Source of the DNA: an uncultured Planctomycetaceae bacterium
GTDB lineage: Bacteria > Planctomycetota > Planctomycetia > Isosphaerales > Isosphaeraceae
Direction: 5' to 3'
Assembly: GCA_963833985.1 (NCBI GenBank)
Contig: CAWIAD010000002.1
Coordinates: forward strand, 4,480,001 to 4,544,000
Length of the DNA: 64,000 bases
Below, piece by piece: positions 45,740 to 56,714 of this stretch (position 1 is the stretch's first letter; each line of letters starts with the position of its first letter). A program made the position numbers and the translations under genes. The notes beneath the pieces were generated by a model that worked only from the letters and a program-made list of their open reading frames with translations, was not told the origin of the DNA and did no database searches.

Positions 45740-45977
45740 TCGACCGTTCCTCCAAGCGTCGTCGGACTCGCTGCCGGACGACATGCCAGGGGCCGGAGAG
45801 GACCGCACCAGTCTTGATCTCGTTCGCGCGGCGAGCGATTTCGCTCAACCACGCGGGGTCAAACGGCAGTGGATTCGATTCGTCCTGTGTTGCCAGAAGT
45901 GCTTCAGCCAGTTCCACACGCGCCTCTTCAGGCAAGGCCAACGCGGCTTGAAAGACTTGTTCGATCGCGGGATCCAT
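45732..45977 (-). CDS. Putative addiction module component (antitoxin)
   Basis: GGAGG RBS; ALALPEEARVELAEALL..AWLSEIARRANEI..PWHVVR. Confidence 0.85.
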   Translation of the reverse strand: MDPAIEQVFQAALALPEEARVELAEALLATQDESNPLPFDPAWLSEIARRANEIKTGAVLSGPWHVVRQRVRRRLEERSSG

Positions 45978-46177
45978 CGGCATGCCGCCCTCCCAGGGGG
46001 TCTCCGTTCTCGTCAAGACGATTCTACGAAGTCGCACGGCCGTGGTCGAGCCCGCCGGCTGATGCCGGGCCTTGACGTGAGATTCTTGAGACTTGACGAG
46101 TGCAATGGACGCCACCCTCAAGTCGGGTGGAATTGTACTGTACCGCGACCGGCGGCCGCGCGATGTCGACAATCGTC

Positions 46178-47197
46178 CTACCACTTCCAGCGAGAGCGCC
46201 ACCAGAGGATGCCGCCCGCAATGAGAATCGCCAGGCCAAGGGTGAGTGACGCCGCCGGAAGCCTGTCGGACCATGAGGCGGCCGGCTCGGCGCGAATCGG
46301 CTGTGCGGCCGACTGGGTGCGACTCTCCACGTTCACAGAAGTTCGTGGGTCTTTCGGACCGGCGGCTTTCTTGTGAACCGCATCGATAAGGGTCGCGTTC
46401 GAGTCGATCTTGGGCCAGAACATCGCCTTGGGGTAATCGCGGTTGAAGTGCAGTTCTTCAACTTGTGTTGTCGTACTCAGCACAGCAGCCGACGGCCCTG
46501 AGCTCGTGCCGTGAAGGATCAGCTCCGATGTCATCGGGAACAAGTGCCCCTCGATGTTCTGAAGGGACTTCGCGGTCCAGGCTGTGCGGGGCCTTTCCGC
46601 TGTACGAGCGACATCATCGGCATAGTACTTAACTTGGACCGGGGTCGAAGTCGAACGGTCAAGAACGTACACCGCGACAGGCGTGGACCCTAGGCTCGCG
46701 TCGACGATGAGGAACGCATCACAGTCGCGATCGAGATGACGGCGCTCGCCCAGGAACGAGGCCGTCCGAAGAGCCTGGTGAAGAGGGCGCGGGCCCACGT
46801 AGTAATAGGAGAGAGGCTCGGGGCACCAATGACAACGCATTTGGCGCTCGATCCCGAAATCGCGCTTGATGTAGACAAACTGCCTTGTCTCGCCCTCAGC
46901 CGTGGGCTCTTTCTCGTCCGCGCAGTCCTTGCCGTTGCAATAGTAGATCCAGCGTTCTTGAGGGGCTCCGGTCGGAACGGTGTGCCGCTCGAAGCGTCGC
47001 TCGCCCGCGTTCGTTTCGATGTAACGGACAAAAAAGTCGGCCGCCTCGAAAGCGCCGGGGTCAGGGCTGGCCCCTGAGTTGATAAGTCGGTCGTGGGTCC
47101 GTATTTCGATCGACCTGAAACTCTGCATCTCCCAGGCGAGAGTCTCGGCGGCCCGTACAGCGGGATGTTCCATGTGGGGTTTCTCCGGCATCCACAT
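46178..47197 (-). CDS. Hypothetical protein with C-terminal membrane anchor (start uncertain; LolA-like fold is a guess)
   Basis: C-terminal part of ORF 46178..47713; beta-rich; ends LTLGLAILIAGGILWWRSRWKW. Confidence 0.7.
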   Translation of the reverse strand: MWMPEKPHMEHPAVRAAETLAWEMQSFRSIEIRTHDRLINSGASPDPGAFEAADFFVRYIETNAGERRFERHTVPTGAPQERWIYYCNGKDCADEKEPTAEGETRQFVYIKRDFGIERQMRCHWCPEPLSYYYVGPRPLHQALRTASFLGERRHLDRDCDAFLIVDASLGSTPVAVYVLDRSTSTPVQVKYYADDVARTAERPRTAWTAKSLQNIEGHLFPMTSELILHGTSSGPSAAVLSTTTQVEELHFNRDYPKAMFWPKIDSNATLIDAVHKKAAGPKDPRTSVNVESRTQSAAQPIRAEPAASWSDRLPAASLTLGLAILIAGGILWWRSRWKW

Positions 47198-47277
47198 CTC
47201 CTGGCGAGAAGCCCAAGGACTTCCAAGGGCCCTGGTCTGGGCGTTGCTCTGCAACCACCTGCTCCCCGTAAGACCCG

Positions 47278-47646
47278 CTAAAAGCTGGCGTAGTAAGTCG
47301 CGTAACAGTAATTCATTTGCGTGTACGGTGGAGCGCAAAGGAAATACGGGCCGCACTGCCATTGCTGATCCGTGCACGTTGATGAGGGATTCATTACCCG
47401 CGTGCAGAGGCCGAAGCTCGTGTAGGGCGGCTGTACGTTGCCGTACTGGCAGCCCCAGCCGGCTGGGCTCGCGTTTGTAGGACAGAAGTAGCACGATGGG
47501 CTGCCCGTTCCCCGAATCATGTTGGTGAGCGGGCCGTTCGGCGATCCGATGGCTTGGCCGAGCGACGGCCGCTGGTACAGCGAGGTATGGACCACGACCA
47601 GCGCGCACATGGTCACGCAAAGGGCGAGTGAGATTGGACGCTTCAT
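47278..47646 (-). CDS. Secreted Cys-rich small protein (122 aa)
   Basis: GGAG RBS; MKRPISLALCVTMCALVVV signal; eight Cys after MIRG. Confidence 0.75.
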   Translation of the reverse strand: MKRPISLALCVTMCALVVVHTSLYQRPSLGQAIGSPNGPLTNMIRGTGSPSCYFCPTNASPAGWGCQYGNVQPPYTSFGLCTRVMNPSSTCTDQQWQCGPYFLCAPPYTQMNYCYATYYASF

Positions 47647-47716
47647 GGCGGGCTCCAAGGAAGAAGTAGGCCGAGTCAGGGTCAGGAAAAGGACGGCGCA
47701 TCGCGTATTCCAACGT

Positions 47717-48758
47717 TCAAAGCGCATCCGCCGAGACGACTTCGCCGCCTGCGCGTACCGAGTGATCGCCAGACGGCCGGGTTGACGCCGGAGGCGAACC
47801 AGCGGACCGATCCGTCGGCCATCGCTGCGTTGACTCCTCCAGGATGGGCACTTCGGGCAGCGAAGACTCCCATGCCGTTACCACTCAAAATGCCACAGTC
47901 AGGAATGCGGGAGTTTGGCGGCGCTGAAAGCATGAAGCTCGTGTACACGGCGCCATAAAACATCCACCCCCTGCCGGCGCTCGTTCGACCTTGCTGGGAC
48001 GCGTACGATTCAGTACACACCGCGACCCAGTCGTCCGCTGAAACCGGTATGGGCGTTGGTGCCACGTCGATCCAGTCCCGAATCGAACTATAGGAGCCGG
48101 CCCCCGACCCGATACTCTTCTCTGAAAGGGAGATCGTGTTCGAGAGACCATCGCGAAAGCTCGACGCCGGGACGGGTGTCCCGTTCACGGTGAAGGCACC
48201 CGACTCGACGTACTGTTTGCCAGGCTGGGGTGGATTTCCAACCGGCACAATCGTCCAATCCCCTAGCCCCATGTTGGCCCGGTAGCTATTGCATCCCAGC
48301 GGATCGGCGTCCTGGTATGGATCAGATGGGCAGAGAAAGACCGCCACGCTTCGCGTCGCCGCCGTCATGTTCTCGGCGGTCAGGTTGTCAGGTTCCTGGA
48401 ACGGAATCATGAAGTTGATCGAGCTGAAAAGGGGCTGCTCTTCGAGGTATGGCAGCAGCGTCGCGTGGACGGACGTGTCGCTGAATTGATATCTCGTGGG
48501 TCCGATGTACTGGTACCGTGTCGCGCTGGGGAAAGCGCCGTGGTCGGCCTCGAAGTGGGCAAGGGCCGACGCCATCTGCCTGAGGTTGTTCGCGCACGCG
48601 GACCGCCGCGCGGCCTCCCGCGCCGACTGAACGGCTGGCAGCGTGAGCCCGATCACGATCAACAGTATTCCAATCACCACGAGCATCTCGATCAGCGTGA
48701 AGCCGGTCCGGTGCCTGCCGCGGAAACGCAAGAAACTGGTCGGCCCCCCTCCACTCAT
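47717..48758 (-). CDS. DUF1559 prepilin-type N-terminal cleavage/methylation protein with H-X9-DG motif
   Basis: GFTLIEMLVVIGI..LPAVQSAREAARR..CANNLRQ; FLCPSD; SAHPGGVNAAMADGSVR; native end GGEVVSADAL* at 47717 needs an indel fix ~47752. Confidence 0.93.
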
Positions 48759-48764
48759 AAGACA

Positions 48765-49859
48765 TCACCCTTTCACGCGGATCATGACCGGAACGCCGAT
48801 GAAGTGGCCGGGGTCACGGTCGGTCCAGGCCCTGAGCGTATAGACCTGGGTCTTCAAGGGCGCGCCCGGCTTGAGCCGAACATCAAAATGGTCCGGGCCG
48901 CCAGAGGTCTCCTTCGCCACGGGTTCAACGATCAGCGGCGGATCTTCGCCAGGCACCGGTGCGAGGTGAACCGCAACACCTGAATGCCTTGCTTGAATGA
49001 GCACACGGGCCGCGCGCGAGGTATCCGCCTGCGCTTCGAGGATCAGTCTGGAGGGCATCGACCTCAGCGGGCTCGTCGGCTCGCCTCTTGCTTCCACGAT
49101 CAGCTCGCGGCCTCGGTCCCATCCGTCAAGGACTCTGACGCGCCCAGCGAACCCTGCGGAGGGGGCCGACGGCTCTAGCCTTACGGGAAAGACGTAGTGC
49201 CTCACCACGTAACCGGTCTGACCGATCGGCACCTCGAAAACGTCGGGTTCTCCGACCGCGAGGTCAGGGAAGTCGGCTCCTACTACTGGAGTCTTACCCG
49301 GCGCCATGGGTTCGACGGCCGCCACGTCGATTTCCCGGGACGATTCACCGGGAGCGTCATCCCAGCGAAAGTTCAAGTCTCCGGACACGGTCAGGACGTA
49401 GGGAGGCCTTCGTGAGCCGAAAAGATGGACCTTGAGCCCAATGCGCGGCGACAATGCCGAGTCGGTCTCGACCGTGATGGGCACCGTCTTGACGCCCCAC
49501 TCAAAGGGGATGACGTGGACCGAAAGGATGCATTGCGCGTAGGGAGCGACCTGAGGTTCACTGACCTTTGGAGACGCGCACCCGCACCCGCTTTCCACCG
49601 ATCGGATGCGCACCACTGAGCTTCCCAGGTTCGTAAGAACGAACTCGACCCTGCGGCCTGCCTCGTTCGGATCCGTCGATCTGATGGGATCGTCGCAGAA
49701 GTGGGTGAGTTCAAGGTGATCGGGAGCTAACCCCCCCCCCCGCGTTGCCCCCTCTCCCCGGAAGAGGGACCACCCGACGACGCAAGCACCGGCACACGCC
49801 GCGATCACGAACGGGATTCCGGCACGACGTTCGCGGAGACAAGTCCCTGAGGCAGGCAT
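48765..49859 (-). CDS. DUF1573-like Ig-fold protein with N-terminal membrane segment (start uncertain)
   Basis: FVLTNLG..IRSVESGCGCA..ITVETDS; hydrophobic N-terminus. Confidence 0.78.
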   Translation of the reverse strand: MPASGTCLRERRAGIPFVIAACAGACVVGWSLFRGEGATRGGGLAPDHLELTHFCDDPIRSTDPNEAGRRVEFVLTNLGSSVVRIRSVESGCGCASPKVSEPQVAPYAQCILSVHVIPFEWGVKTVPITVETDSALSPRIGLKVHLFGSRRPPYVLTVSGDLNFRWDDAPGESSREIDVAAVEPMAPGKTPVVGADFPDLAVGEPDVFEVPIGQTGYVVRHYVFPVRLEPSAPSAGFAGRVRVLDGWDRGRELIVEARGEPTSPLRSMPSRLILEAQADTSRAARVLIQARHSGVAVHLAPVPGEDPPLIVEPVAKETSGGPDHFDVRLKPGAPLKTQVYTLRAWTDRDPGHFIGVPVMIRVKG

Positions 49860-49966
49860 GCGCCACCTCCAGGCCCGAACGGATTCGAAAATGTTCTTCA
49901 ACAACAAGTACTATTCGAGGCCAGGGGGTAAGTCAACAAAAAAAGCGAAGCGGAAGGGATCGTATG

Positions 49967-50008
49967 AAATGAAAAGCTGCGAGCCAGGGGTTGCCCGGCT
50001 CGCAGCTT
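49967..50008 (-). terminator. Intrinsic terminator downstream of the 50063 gene
   Basis: Stem aagctgcgagcc / ggctcgcagctt followed on the minus strand by a T-rich tract. Confidence 0.7.
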
Positions 50009-50062
50009 CCACCAGATGGTGAATCGGGAGGTCCGATGACCAGGGACTCGGGACACTTCAGA

Positions 50063-51893
50063 TCACGGATTATTCTTCCGCAGCGTGAACCCGGTGGACA
50101 TCAGGCCGTCCTCGTCGGACACGCTGTAGCTGCCGCCGAGCGTCAGGTACTTGGCGAAGACCGAGAAGTCCGGGAGCTTGTCGGGGTTGATGATCTGGGG
50201 GATCTCCGGCGCGGGTTGACCGCCGCGGCCGGCGGCCATGCCCTGGCGGATGGCCTTCTCGAACTGGCCGTTCTTGATCATGTCGTATGACAGCCGCGCC
50301 TGCTCGTCGGGACGGACGAACGTGGTGCCGCTGAGCTTCTGGGGAAGCTCCTTGGCGATGGTCAGGTACATGGGGCTTTCCGCCAGCGGCACTCCGCCGG
50401 GACGGAGCACCTGCTCCAGGAGCGTGGTGTCGGTGGTCACGAACAGGGTGTCCCTGGCCACGGCCACGCTGATGGGCCCCTTGATCGTCGCCTGGATATT
50501 CGCCCCGTTGTTGGGAAGGTTCGGCATGGGGACGTCGAAATCATAGATCGTGGTCCCCTGGAACTCGCGCTTCTTGGGAGACGCGCCGGCCAGCTCCATG
50601 ATCCGGGTGAGCGTGCTCTGGAACGCCTTGCTGTCTTCCAGGGCGATCCCCACGAGCATGCGCTGGCTGTCTTCCTTGATCGGCTTCTTGAAGTCGCTGA
50701 TCATGGTGATGCGGTCGCCCAGCGGGCCGAAGAGGTCTTTCTGGAAGCTCAGTGGCTGGCCGCCCTCGGGGCCGGCAAGCTGCTGCTCCAGCACGTTCAG
50801 CATGCCGGGCTGCGCCAGCTTGTTGACCAGGTCCTCGATGGCCTTGTAGGCGTTGTCAAGGTCCCAGCTCAGCGACTGGTAGCTGGCCACGGTGGCCGGC
50901 ACCCAAGATTCCGGACGCAGGCTCACCGGCGGGAACGAGAAGATCTTGAGCAAGCCCTGAACCGGAGACGGTGCGTAGAAGAACGTCTTCGTCAGGCTGT
51001 TGTAACTCCCGGCGCTCAGCGCCAGGGTGCCGCCAACCGACTTCAGCCCGTCCACACCCAGGGCCTGGATCAGGTTCTCGATCTGCTGGACCTGGGCATC
51101 GCCTCCCTTCACGCTGGCCTTGGTGACAAGCTTCACCACCTTGGCGACGTCGAGGAACCAGAGGATCTGGGCGTCACCCGCGCCGGTCTTCGACTGCGTC
51201 TTGGCGAAGGCCTCCACGTTGGCCAGGGCCCCGGTGCTGCGGCCGTCGGCGTGCGAAGCGATATCCTTGATCAGGTTGACGTTGCTGCCGATGTAGAACA
51301 CCGAGCCCAGGTTCGTCCAGACCAGCGGCGGGTGGGGCGCATCGGGCTTGCCCTCGTCTTCCTTCTTGTCCTTGGGAGGCGCCTGAATCACATGCAGGGT
51401 GCCGCCCTGGAAACCCTCGGTGCTCACCTTGCCGCCGGCATCCTCGGCCTGCTTGGTGCTGCGCGTCAGGATATCCGTCATCCGCTCGCTGTTCTTACCG
51501 GCATCGGCGATCACGGTCAGCGCCACCGGCATCTTCGGATCATCCTGGCTGACCGCCGCGATGGCCACTCCCCCCTGCGGAATATCGAAGAGGCTCTGAC
51601 AGCGTGACCCCGATCTTCTCCTTGAGCGAGTTGCTGGGCTTCTCCAGCTTGGCCGCGAGGTCGTCGCGGAAGTCTTTGAGGGCGGGATCGTTCCAGAGCT
51701 GACCATACTGGCACTGGCGGAACGCCTCGCGCAGCGCCTTGATATCGGCCACCTTGACGAAGAACACGGTCGAGTCGGGGAGGACACGTTCCGGGGGTGT
51801 CGCGGCCTGGGCGAGATTCGCCATCAGTCCGGAGCCCGCAGCAAGACCAAGACCAGCAACGAGGGCCAGGCGAAGAATCGCCCGCTTCGCCAT
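50063..51893 (-). CDS. Exported hypothetical protein, DUF3352-like (frameshift ~51595)
   Basis: Signal MAKRAILRLALVAG..AQA, PERVLPDSTVFF in ORF 51540..52277; remainder in ORF 50063..51787. Confidence 0.75.
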
Positions 51894-52146
51894 ACGCATC
51901 ACTTGCATCTCCAATCCAGTCACTCCGCGGCTCACCGGCCGTGGGAACGTCTTCTCGCCTCCGACCAACCGGGTCGGGTGGGCATTGGCTTTCCAGGCTC
52001 CAAGCCTGGAAGATCGCCGACGGTGACCGGCGAGCCCGTCTTTCGTGAAAGCATCTTGCAGGCAATCATATCCTTTGGCAATGGGAACCGCTTCCGGTTC
52101 ATGAGCGCGCCGGAGGGAAATCTCCGTCGTCTCCAATCGTCTCGAA

Positions 52147-53217
52147 CTATCGGGTTGGCGGAGAGGCGGACGCTGGCGGCTTGGCGGCGCTGATGGCGCC
52201 GGGCGGTGGTTGCTGGGAGCCCCGTGACCGGATGAGCCCCTGAGGTGGGCCGGGACGCAATCGCCGCGGCGGGTCAAGATAGCGGTAGCCGCTATTGGGG
52301 TTGGTCTTGTCGAAGGAAAACGCCTCGCGATGCCGGAGGAAATCCTTCACGTAGGCGACTGGAATCGCAAACCCGAGATTGTCGGCCATGTCGGCGCGGG
52401 CACCCCGGCTGGTGACGCCGATGACCTCGCCGCGCTGATTGAACAGCGGGCCTCCGGAATTGCCCGGGTTGATCGCGGTATCGGTCTGCAAGTACAGCTG
52501 GCCCTGAAGGTTCCGGCTACGGCTGCTGACAATGCCCTGCGTCACCGACCGCTCCAGGCCCAGGGGGTTGCCCACGGCGAAGACCGCATCACCCGTATTG
52601 ACGTCTTCTCCATTACCCAGGACCACGTGGCTCGGTTTCAGGTCGGCGGGAAGAGGCAGCTTGATGAGAGCCAGGTCGAAGAACGGGTTGATCGCCACGA
52701 TCTCGACGTCTTCCACCCGCCGCCGGTTCAGCCCGCCAGACACGTTCTGGTAGAGGATCGCGGACACCCGGGTCTCTCCCTGGATCACGTGCGCGTTGGT
52801 GATCGCGAATCCGTCCTTGTTGATGAGAAACCCCGAACCCTTGCCGGAGGGCGTTTCTATGGAGATGACGGCCTCGCCAAACCGGGAGACCAGCTCCTTC
52901 ACCGGCGACGGCCGCAGCATGCCCGTGGAGAAGAAACCGGACGGGTCGATCTCCGTCGCCGACGCCGCCGGAGCCGCACGCATGGCCTCGTCCAGCTTGG
53001 CCCGCCGCACCACCTGGTCGCGCGGAATTCGTAAGAGGTCGTAGCCCAGGTCCACGTACAGGGCGTTCTGCTTCTCGGCAACAACTTCGCCCGTCACCCG
53101 CTGGCCGTCCTTGAGGATCAGCGTCTCGAAGCCGCCCGCCAGGGCACACGGCGCCAGGAGCCAGAGGACGCCGGTCGCCGCCAGGATTCTCGGTACACCC
53201 ATCGACTCTCGATTCAT
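52147..53217 (-). CDS. S1C trypsin-like serine protease (start uncertain)
   Basis: GSGFLI..TNAHV, DLALIK, GNPLGL, QTDTAINPGNSGGPL; signal-like N-terminus. Confidence 0.93.
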   Translation of the reverse strand: MNRESMGVPRILAATGVLWLLAPCALAGGFETLILKDGQRVTGEVVAEKQNALYVDLGYDLLRIPRDQVVRRAKLDEAMRAAPAASATEIDPSGFFSTGMLRPSPVKELVSRFGEAVISIETPSGKGSGFLINKDGFAITNAHVIQGETRVSAILYQNVSGGLNRRRVEDVEIVAINPFFDLALIKLPLPADLKPSHVVLGNGEDVNTGDAVFAVGNPLGLERSVTQGIVSSRSRNLQGQLYLQTDTAINPGNSGGPLFNQRGEVIGVTSRGARADMADNLGFAIPVAYVKDFLRHREAFSFDKTNPNSGYRYLDPPRRLRPGPPQGLIRSRGSQQPPPGAISAAKPPASASPPTR

Positions 53218-53511
53218 CACCTGGAAGTCGTCTGAACTTGCCAAACCGTTTCGCTCGGCGCAGCACTATTGTAAAATACGGCGGAATCCTTTCAACCCTG
53301 CGCGGAAGTTGTTTGTGCGACTGCCTTCAGCGCATTCTTCGGGTAAGTTTGCATGAACTACCTCGGTTTACTATTTTACCAGAAGAAGTGGGGAAAGAAG
53401 AGGGCTTGACGGGGGCCCGGGATTAACGCATTGTTCCGAAGCCGCAAGACTCTGTTTCATCACATCCGTCCGAGCGAGTCGTCATCACCTCTTCTGGAAT
53501 CTCGGCTCAAC

Positions 53512-54384
53512 ATGGCCTGGGGAGATCGTTCCGTGCCCACCATTCAGATGCGGATCTGTTCGCCGGTCTGGCTCGCACTGCTGGCGATCCTGACCTGCCC
53601 AGCCCTGCCGTGCCACGGCCAGGATCAGACGCAAGCGCCGGAGCAAGCCGCGGCCGCCAAGCCGGCCGAGGCCCCCGCGGACCAGCAAGCGGAGGGGCAA
53701 CCCCAACCGGCCGCCGAAGCACTGCCAGGGCCCAGGCCGGTGGAGGACGTCAGCCTGGTTCCCGTGCTGCCCACGGTGCCGGTGCGACGCGATCGCACGG
53801 CGTTCAACGTGCAGATGGTCAACACCGCCCTGCTGCCGCGCGACAAGGCGGGCATCTGGGTGCTGGACTTCGCGTTCAAACCTTTGCGGCTGCGAACGGT
53901 GGAAATTCCAGGCAAGGGCCGGCGGCCGGTCTACTACCTGTACTACAAGGTGGTCAACCACACCGGCAAGCCGCGGATGTTCGTCCCCCAGTTCGTCATG
54001 GTCAACGAGGAGGGGAAGAAATTCGAGGACCAGGTCATTCCCAAGGCCATTCCCCTGATTCAGGACCGCGAGGACCCCAGCATCCCGTTGCGCGGGGCCG
54101 TCGATGTCATGGGAATCATTCCACCCAGCACCAAGGAGGGTGTGGATGACGCCGTGTTCGGAGCCGCGGTCTGGGAGAAATGGGATCACAAGTCTGACCG
54201 TTTCAGCATCTACGTGCGCGGGCTCTCCGACGGGTACAAGGAAGTCCCGAACCCCGCCGGGGGCAAGCCGGTCGTCAAGTACAAGACGCTGCGCATCGAC
54301 TTCATCCGCCGAGGCGACGACCGGAACATCAGCGAGAAGGAAATCGAATTCAACGACCCGATCTACGAGTGGGTCTACTGGTGA
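53512..54384 (+). CDS. Exported hypothetical protein (start uncertain)
   Basis: Long ORF with GC-rich third positions, signal-like segment, ends YEWVYW. Confidence 0.75.
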   Translation: MAWGDRSVPTIQMRICSPVWLALLAILTCPALPCHGQDQTQAPEQAAAAKPAEAPADQQAEGQPQPAAEALPGPRPVEDVSLVPVLPTVPVRRDRTAFNVQMVNTALLPRDKAGIWVLDFAFKPLRLRTVEIPGKGRRPVYYLYYKVVNHTGKPRMFVPQFVMVNEEGKKFEDQVIPKAIPLIQDREDPSIPLRGAVDVMGIIPPSTKEGVDDAVFGAAVWEKWDHKSDRFSIYVRGLSDGYKEVPNPAGGKPVVKYKTLRIDFIRRGDDRNISEKEIEFNDPIYEWVYW

Positions 54385-54472
54385 CCCGTCTTGAGCCGGC
54401 GACCGGGATGGCCCCTGCGCAAGCACTGCCCGCCTGCGTCGGATTGGAACAACCCTCGACCCTCGCGGTCAC

Positions 54473-54661
54473 TCACTTGTGAGGCTGACCCGGTGCGCTT
54501 TTCGCCGCTCCGGCGTCCGCGAGCCGCTCCTGCATGGCTTTCTCGAGGATCCCGACAACCAGGAGGTTCAGCGAAATCTTGTCTTCTTTGGCCCAGGTCG
54601 CCAGCTTTTCATGCTGCTGGGGTGGCATACGGATCTGGAAATGGACCACGGATTCCGGCAT
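54473..54661 (-). CDS. Arc/HicB-like ribbon-helix-helix DNA-binding protein
   Basis: GAGGAG RBS; FQIRMPPQQHEKLATWAKEDKISLNLLVVGIL. Confidence 0.75.
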   Translation of the reverse strand: MPESVVHFQIRMPPQQHEKLATWAKEDKISLNLLVVGILEKAMQERLADAGAAKSAPGQPHK

Positions 54662-54987
54662 GGATTGGCTCCTCGAGAGCGGTCATTGCATCACTCGTCG
54701 CACAAATCTAACCGCTCGCGCACCAAAAAGGAAGCCATGTGCACCTAGAAGTATTCACGTTCCCGGGAGATTTTCCGGACCATTCGAGAGGGATCGATCG
54801 GATCACGTCGATTTCATGACGCGGCACGCCTGCCTGCCACGGACCATCAGAGCATCTCTCTCACTGCCGGCGGACCACCGCGCCACGGGGCACGTGGCAA
54901 TCAACGCCGGTGTATTCCGTACGTCATTGGTCCTTGATGAACAAAACAAAACGGCTGACGGGCCTCGCCGTACGAGGTGGGTCGCGC

Positions 54988-55371
54988 TCATTCCTCGAGC
55001 GGCGACCGGAACGGATCCTCGTTCTTGAAGTCATGCCGGAGCGGCCGCTCTGGGCGGTCGAGCGGATCGGCGCTCCAGCGGGAGCCCGGGCTGAACTCCA
55101 GCTCGACGCCGCCAATCATCGAGGCGACGAGGTTGAAAAGTGCCGCGCCGATGATTCCTCCAATGAAGCCGAGTACCCCATAGAACAGGGGCAGAATGAC
55201 AATGGCCCCGACACCGATACCGATGAAGGCAGCGCCGGGTTGTGGGCCGCGCGCGGCTGCACCAAACAGCGAAATCAGGGAGAAAATCGCCCCGACGATG
55301 AGCCCGAGCAAGCCGTAGAGACATGCAAAGAACCTGGCCAGCGACAGGACGCCAATTCGTGTGAGAGTCAT
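54988..55371 (-). CDS. Small membrane protein (DUF3566-like)
   Basis: GGAGG RBS; TRIGVLSLARF..two TM..LFNLVASMIGGVELE. Confidence 0.7.
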   Translation of the reverse strand: MTLTRIGVLSLARFFACLYGLLGLIVGAIFSLISLFGAAARGPQPGAAFIGIGVGAIVILPLFYGVLGFIGGIIGAALFNLVASMIGGVELEFSPGSRWSADPLDRPERPLRHDFKNEDPFRSPLEE

Positions 55372-55486
55372 CACGAGACCTCCGGAAAACGACGGTCTGG
55401 AATGGGAAAAGGGTGCGGGCCGCCGAGGTGTGCCGGTTCCCGGCACCGGGCTCAGTGGCACGCGAGCAGGGCGGCCGGCCGCTCGT

Positions 55487-56188
55487 TCATTGATCGGAGG
55501 CGTACGCGGCCGGATCGGTACGCCCCAGCCGCTGGAACGCGGCGCGGCGGATCTGGCAGGAGTCGCAATGTCCGCAGGCACGGCCGTCCTCGGCCGGATC
55601 ATAGCAGCTATGCGTCAGACCGTAATCGACCCCGAGCTCCAGGCCGCGGAGGATGATCTGGTCCTTGGTCATGTGCACCAGTGGTGCGTGGATCCGGAAC
55701 CGGCCCGCGCCCTCCACACCGGCACGCGTGGCGAGGTTCGCCATCCTCTCGAACGCTTCCAGGTATTCGGGACGGCAGTCCGGATATCCGGAGTAATCGA
55801 CGCAATTGACCCCGATGAAGAGATCGAAGGCTCCCAGCGTCTCCGCCCAGGCAAGTGCCAGGGCGAGGAAGACGGTGTTCCGGGCCGGGACGTAAGTGAT
55901 CGGGATCCCTTCCGCCATGGCGTCGGCGGGCCGGTCCTTGGGGACGGCCACGTCCGCCGTGAGCGCACTGCCGCCGAAGGACCGGAGGTCGATGGATTGC
56001 TCGACATGGCGTACGACGCCCAGCGCCTGGGCCACGCGCCGCGCGGCCTGGATCTCGACGGCGTGCCGCTGGCCGTAGGCGACCGTCAGGGCGTACAGGG
56101 CGAAGCCCGCGTCACGCGCCTCGGCCAGCGCGGTGGCCGAATCCAGACCTCCACTCAAGAGCACCACGGCCCGCGGCTGTCCATCCAT
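55487..56188 (-). CDS. queC: 7-cyano-7-deazaguanine synthase
   Basis: [40 protein letters not shown]. Confidence 0.97.
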   Translation of the reverse strand: MDGQPRAVVLLSGGLDSATALAEARDAGFALYALTVAYGQRHAVEIQAARRVAQALGVVRHVEQSIDLRSFGGSALTADVAVPKDRPADAMAEGIPITYVPARNTVFLALALAWAETLGAFDLFIGVNCVDYSGYPDCRPEYLEAFERMANLATRAGVEGAGRFRIHAPLVHMTKDQIILRGLELGVDYGLTHSCYDPAEDGRACGHCDSCQIRRAAFQRLGRTDPAAYASDQ

Positions 56189-56393
56189 CGCATGCAAATC
56201 CTTCGCGGCCAGCACCGATCGCTGCAACACCACGATCCTGGCTTGCCCGCCCGGCGACCGCTCCGCTATAATGAGAATCATCGGTACACGCCGTGGCGTG
56301 GACTCTTGCGCTTTGCGGAACCCGCTCAGTGTACCATTTTGGTCGTGTGTCAATCAAAAGCAGAATCACAACCTGTTCAAGGACTTGGGAGCG

Positions 56394-56666
56394 ATGGCTC
56401 ATAAGAAAGGTCAGGGATCAAGCCGCAACGGGCGCGATTCGAACCCGCAAATGCTGGGCATCAAGCTTTTTGGCGGCCAGACGGCCAAGCCGGGAAGCAT
56501 CATCTGCCGGCAGAAGGGCACCCGCTGGCGGCCCGGCAAGAACGTGGGCGTGGGCCGCGACTGGACGATCTTCTCGCTCATCGACGGCCGGGTCCTCTTC
56601 GACCAGGAAGGGCGGCGCATCAATGTCATGCCGGCCGAAGCCGTGTCAGCCGCGGTCAAGCACTGA
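56394..56666 (+). CDS. rpmA: 50S ribosomal protein L27
   Basis: [26 protein letters not shown]. Confidence 0.98.
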   Translation: MAHKKGQGSSRNGRDSNPQMLGIKLFGGQTAKPGSIICRQKGTRWRPGKNVGVGRDWTIFSLIDGRVLFDQEGRRINVMPAEAVSAAVKH

Positions 56667-56714
56667 GCGGCGGGCCAGCCAGAGAGCGCAGCACCGTCGG
56701 AATGGGAAGGCTTC

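Noticed and set aside
47198..47713. N-terminal extension of ORF 46178..47713
   Set aside because: Overlaps the better-supported Cys-rich secreted gene, which has an RBS and signal peptide
49731..49741. C11 tract as a phase-variation switch in the DUF1573-like gene
   Set aside because: The gene is in frame, and homopolymer length is unreliable in this error-prone sequence
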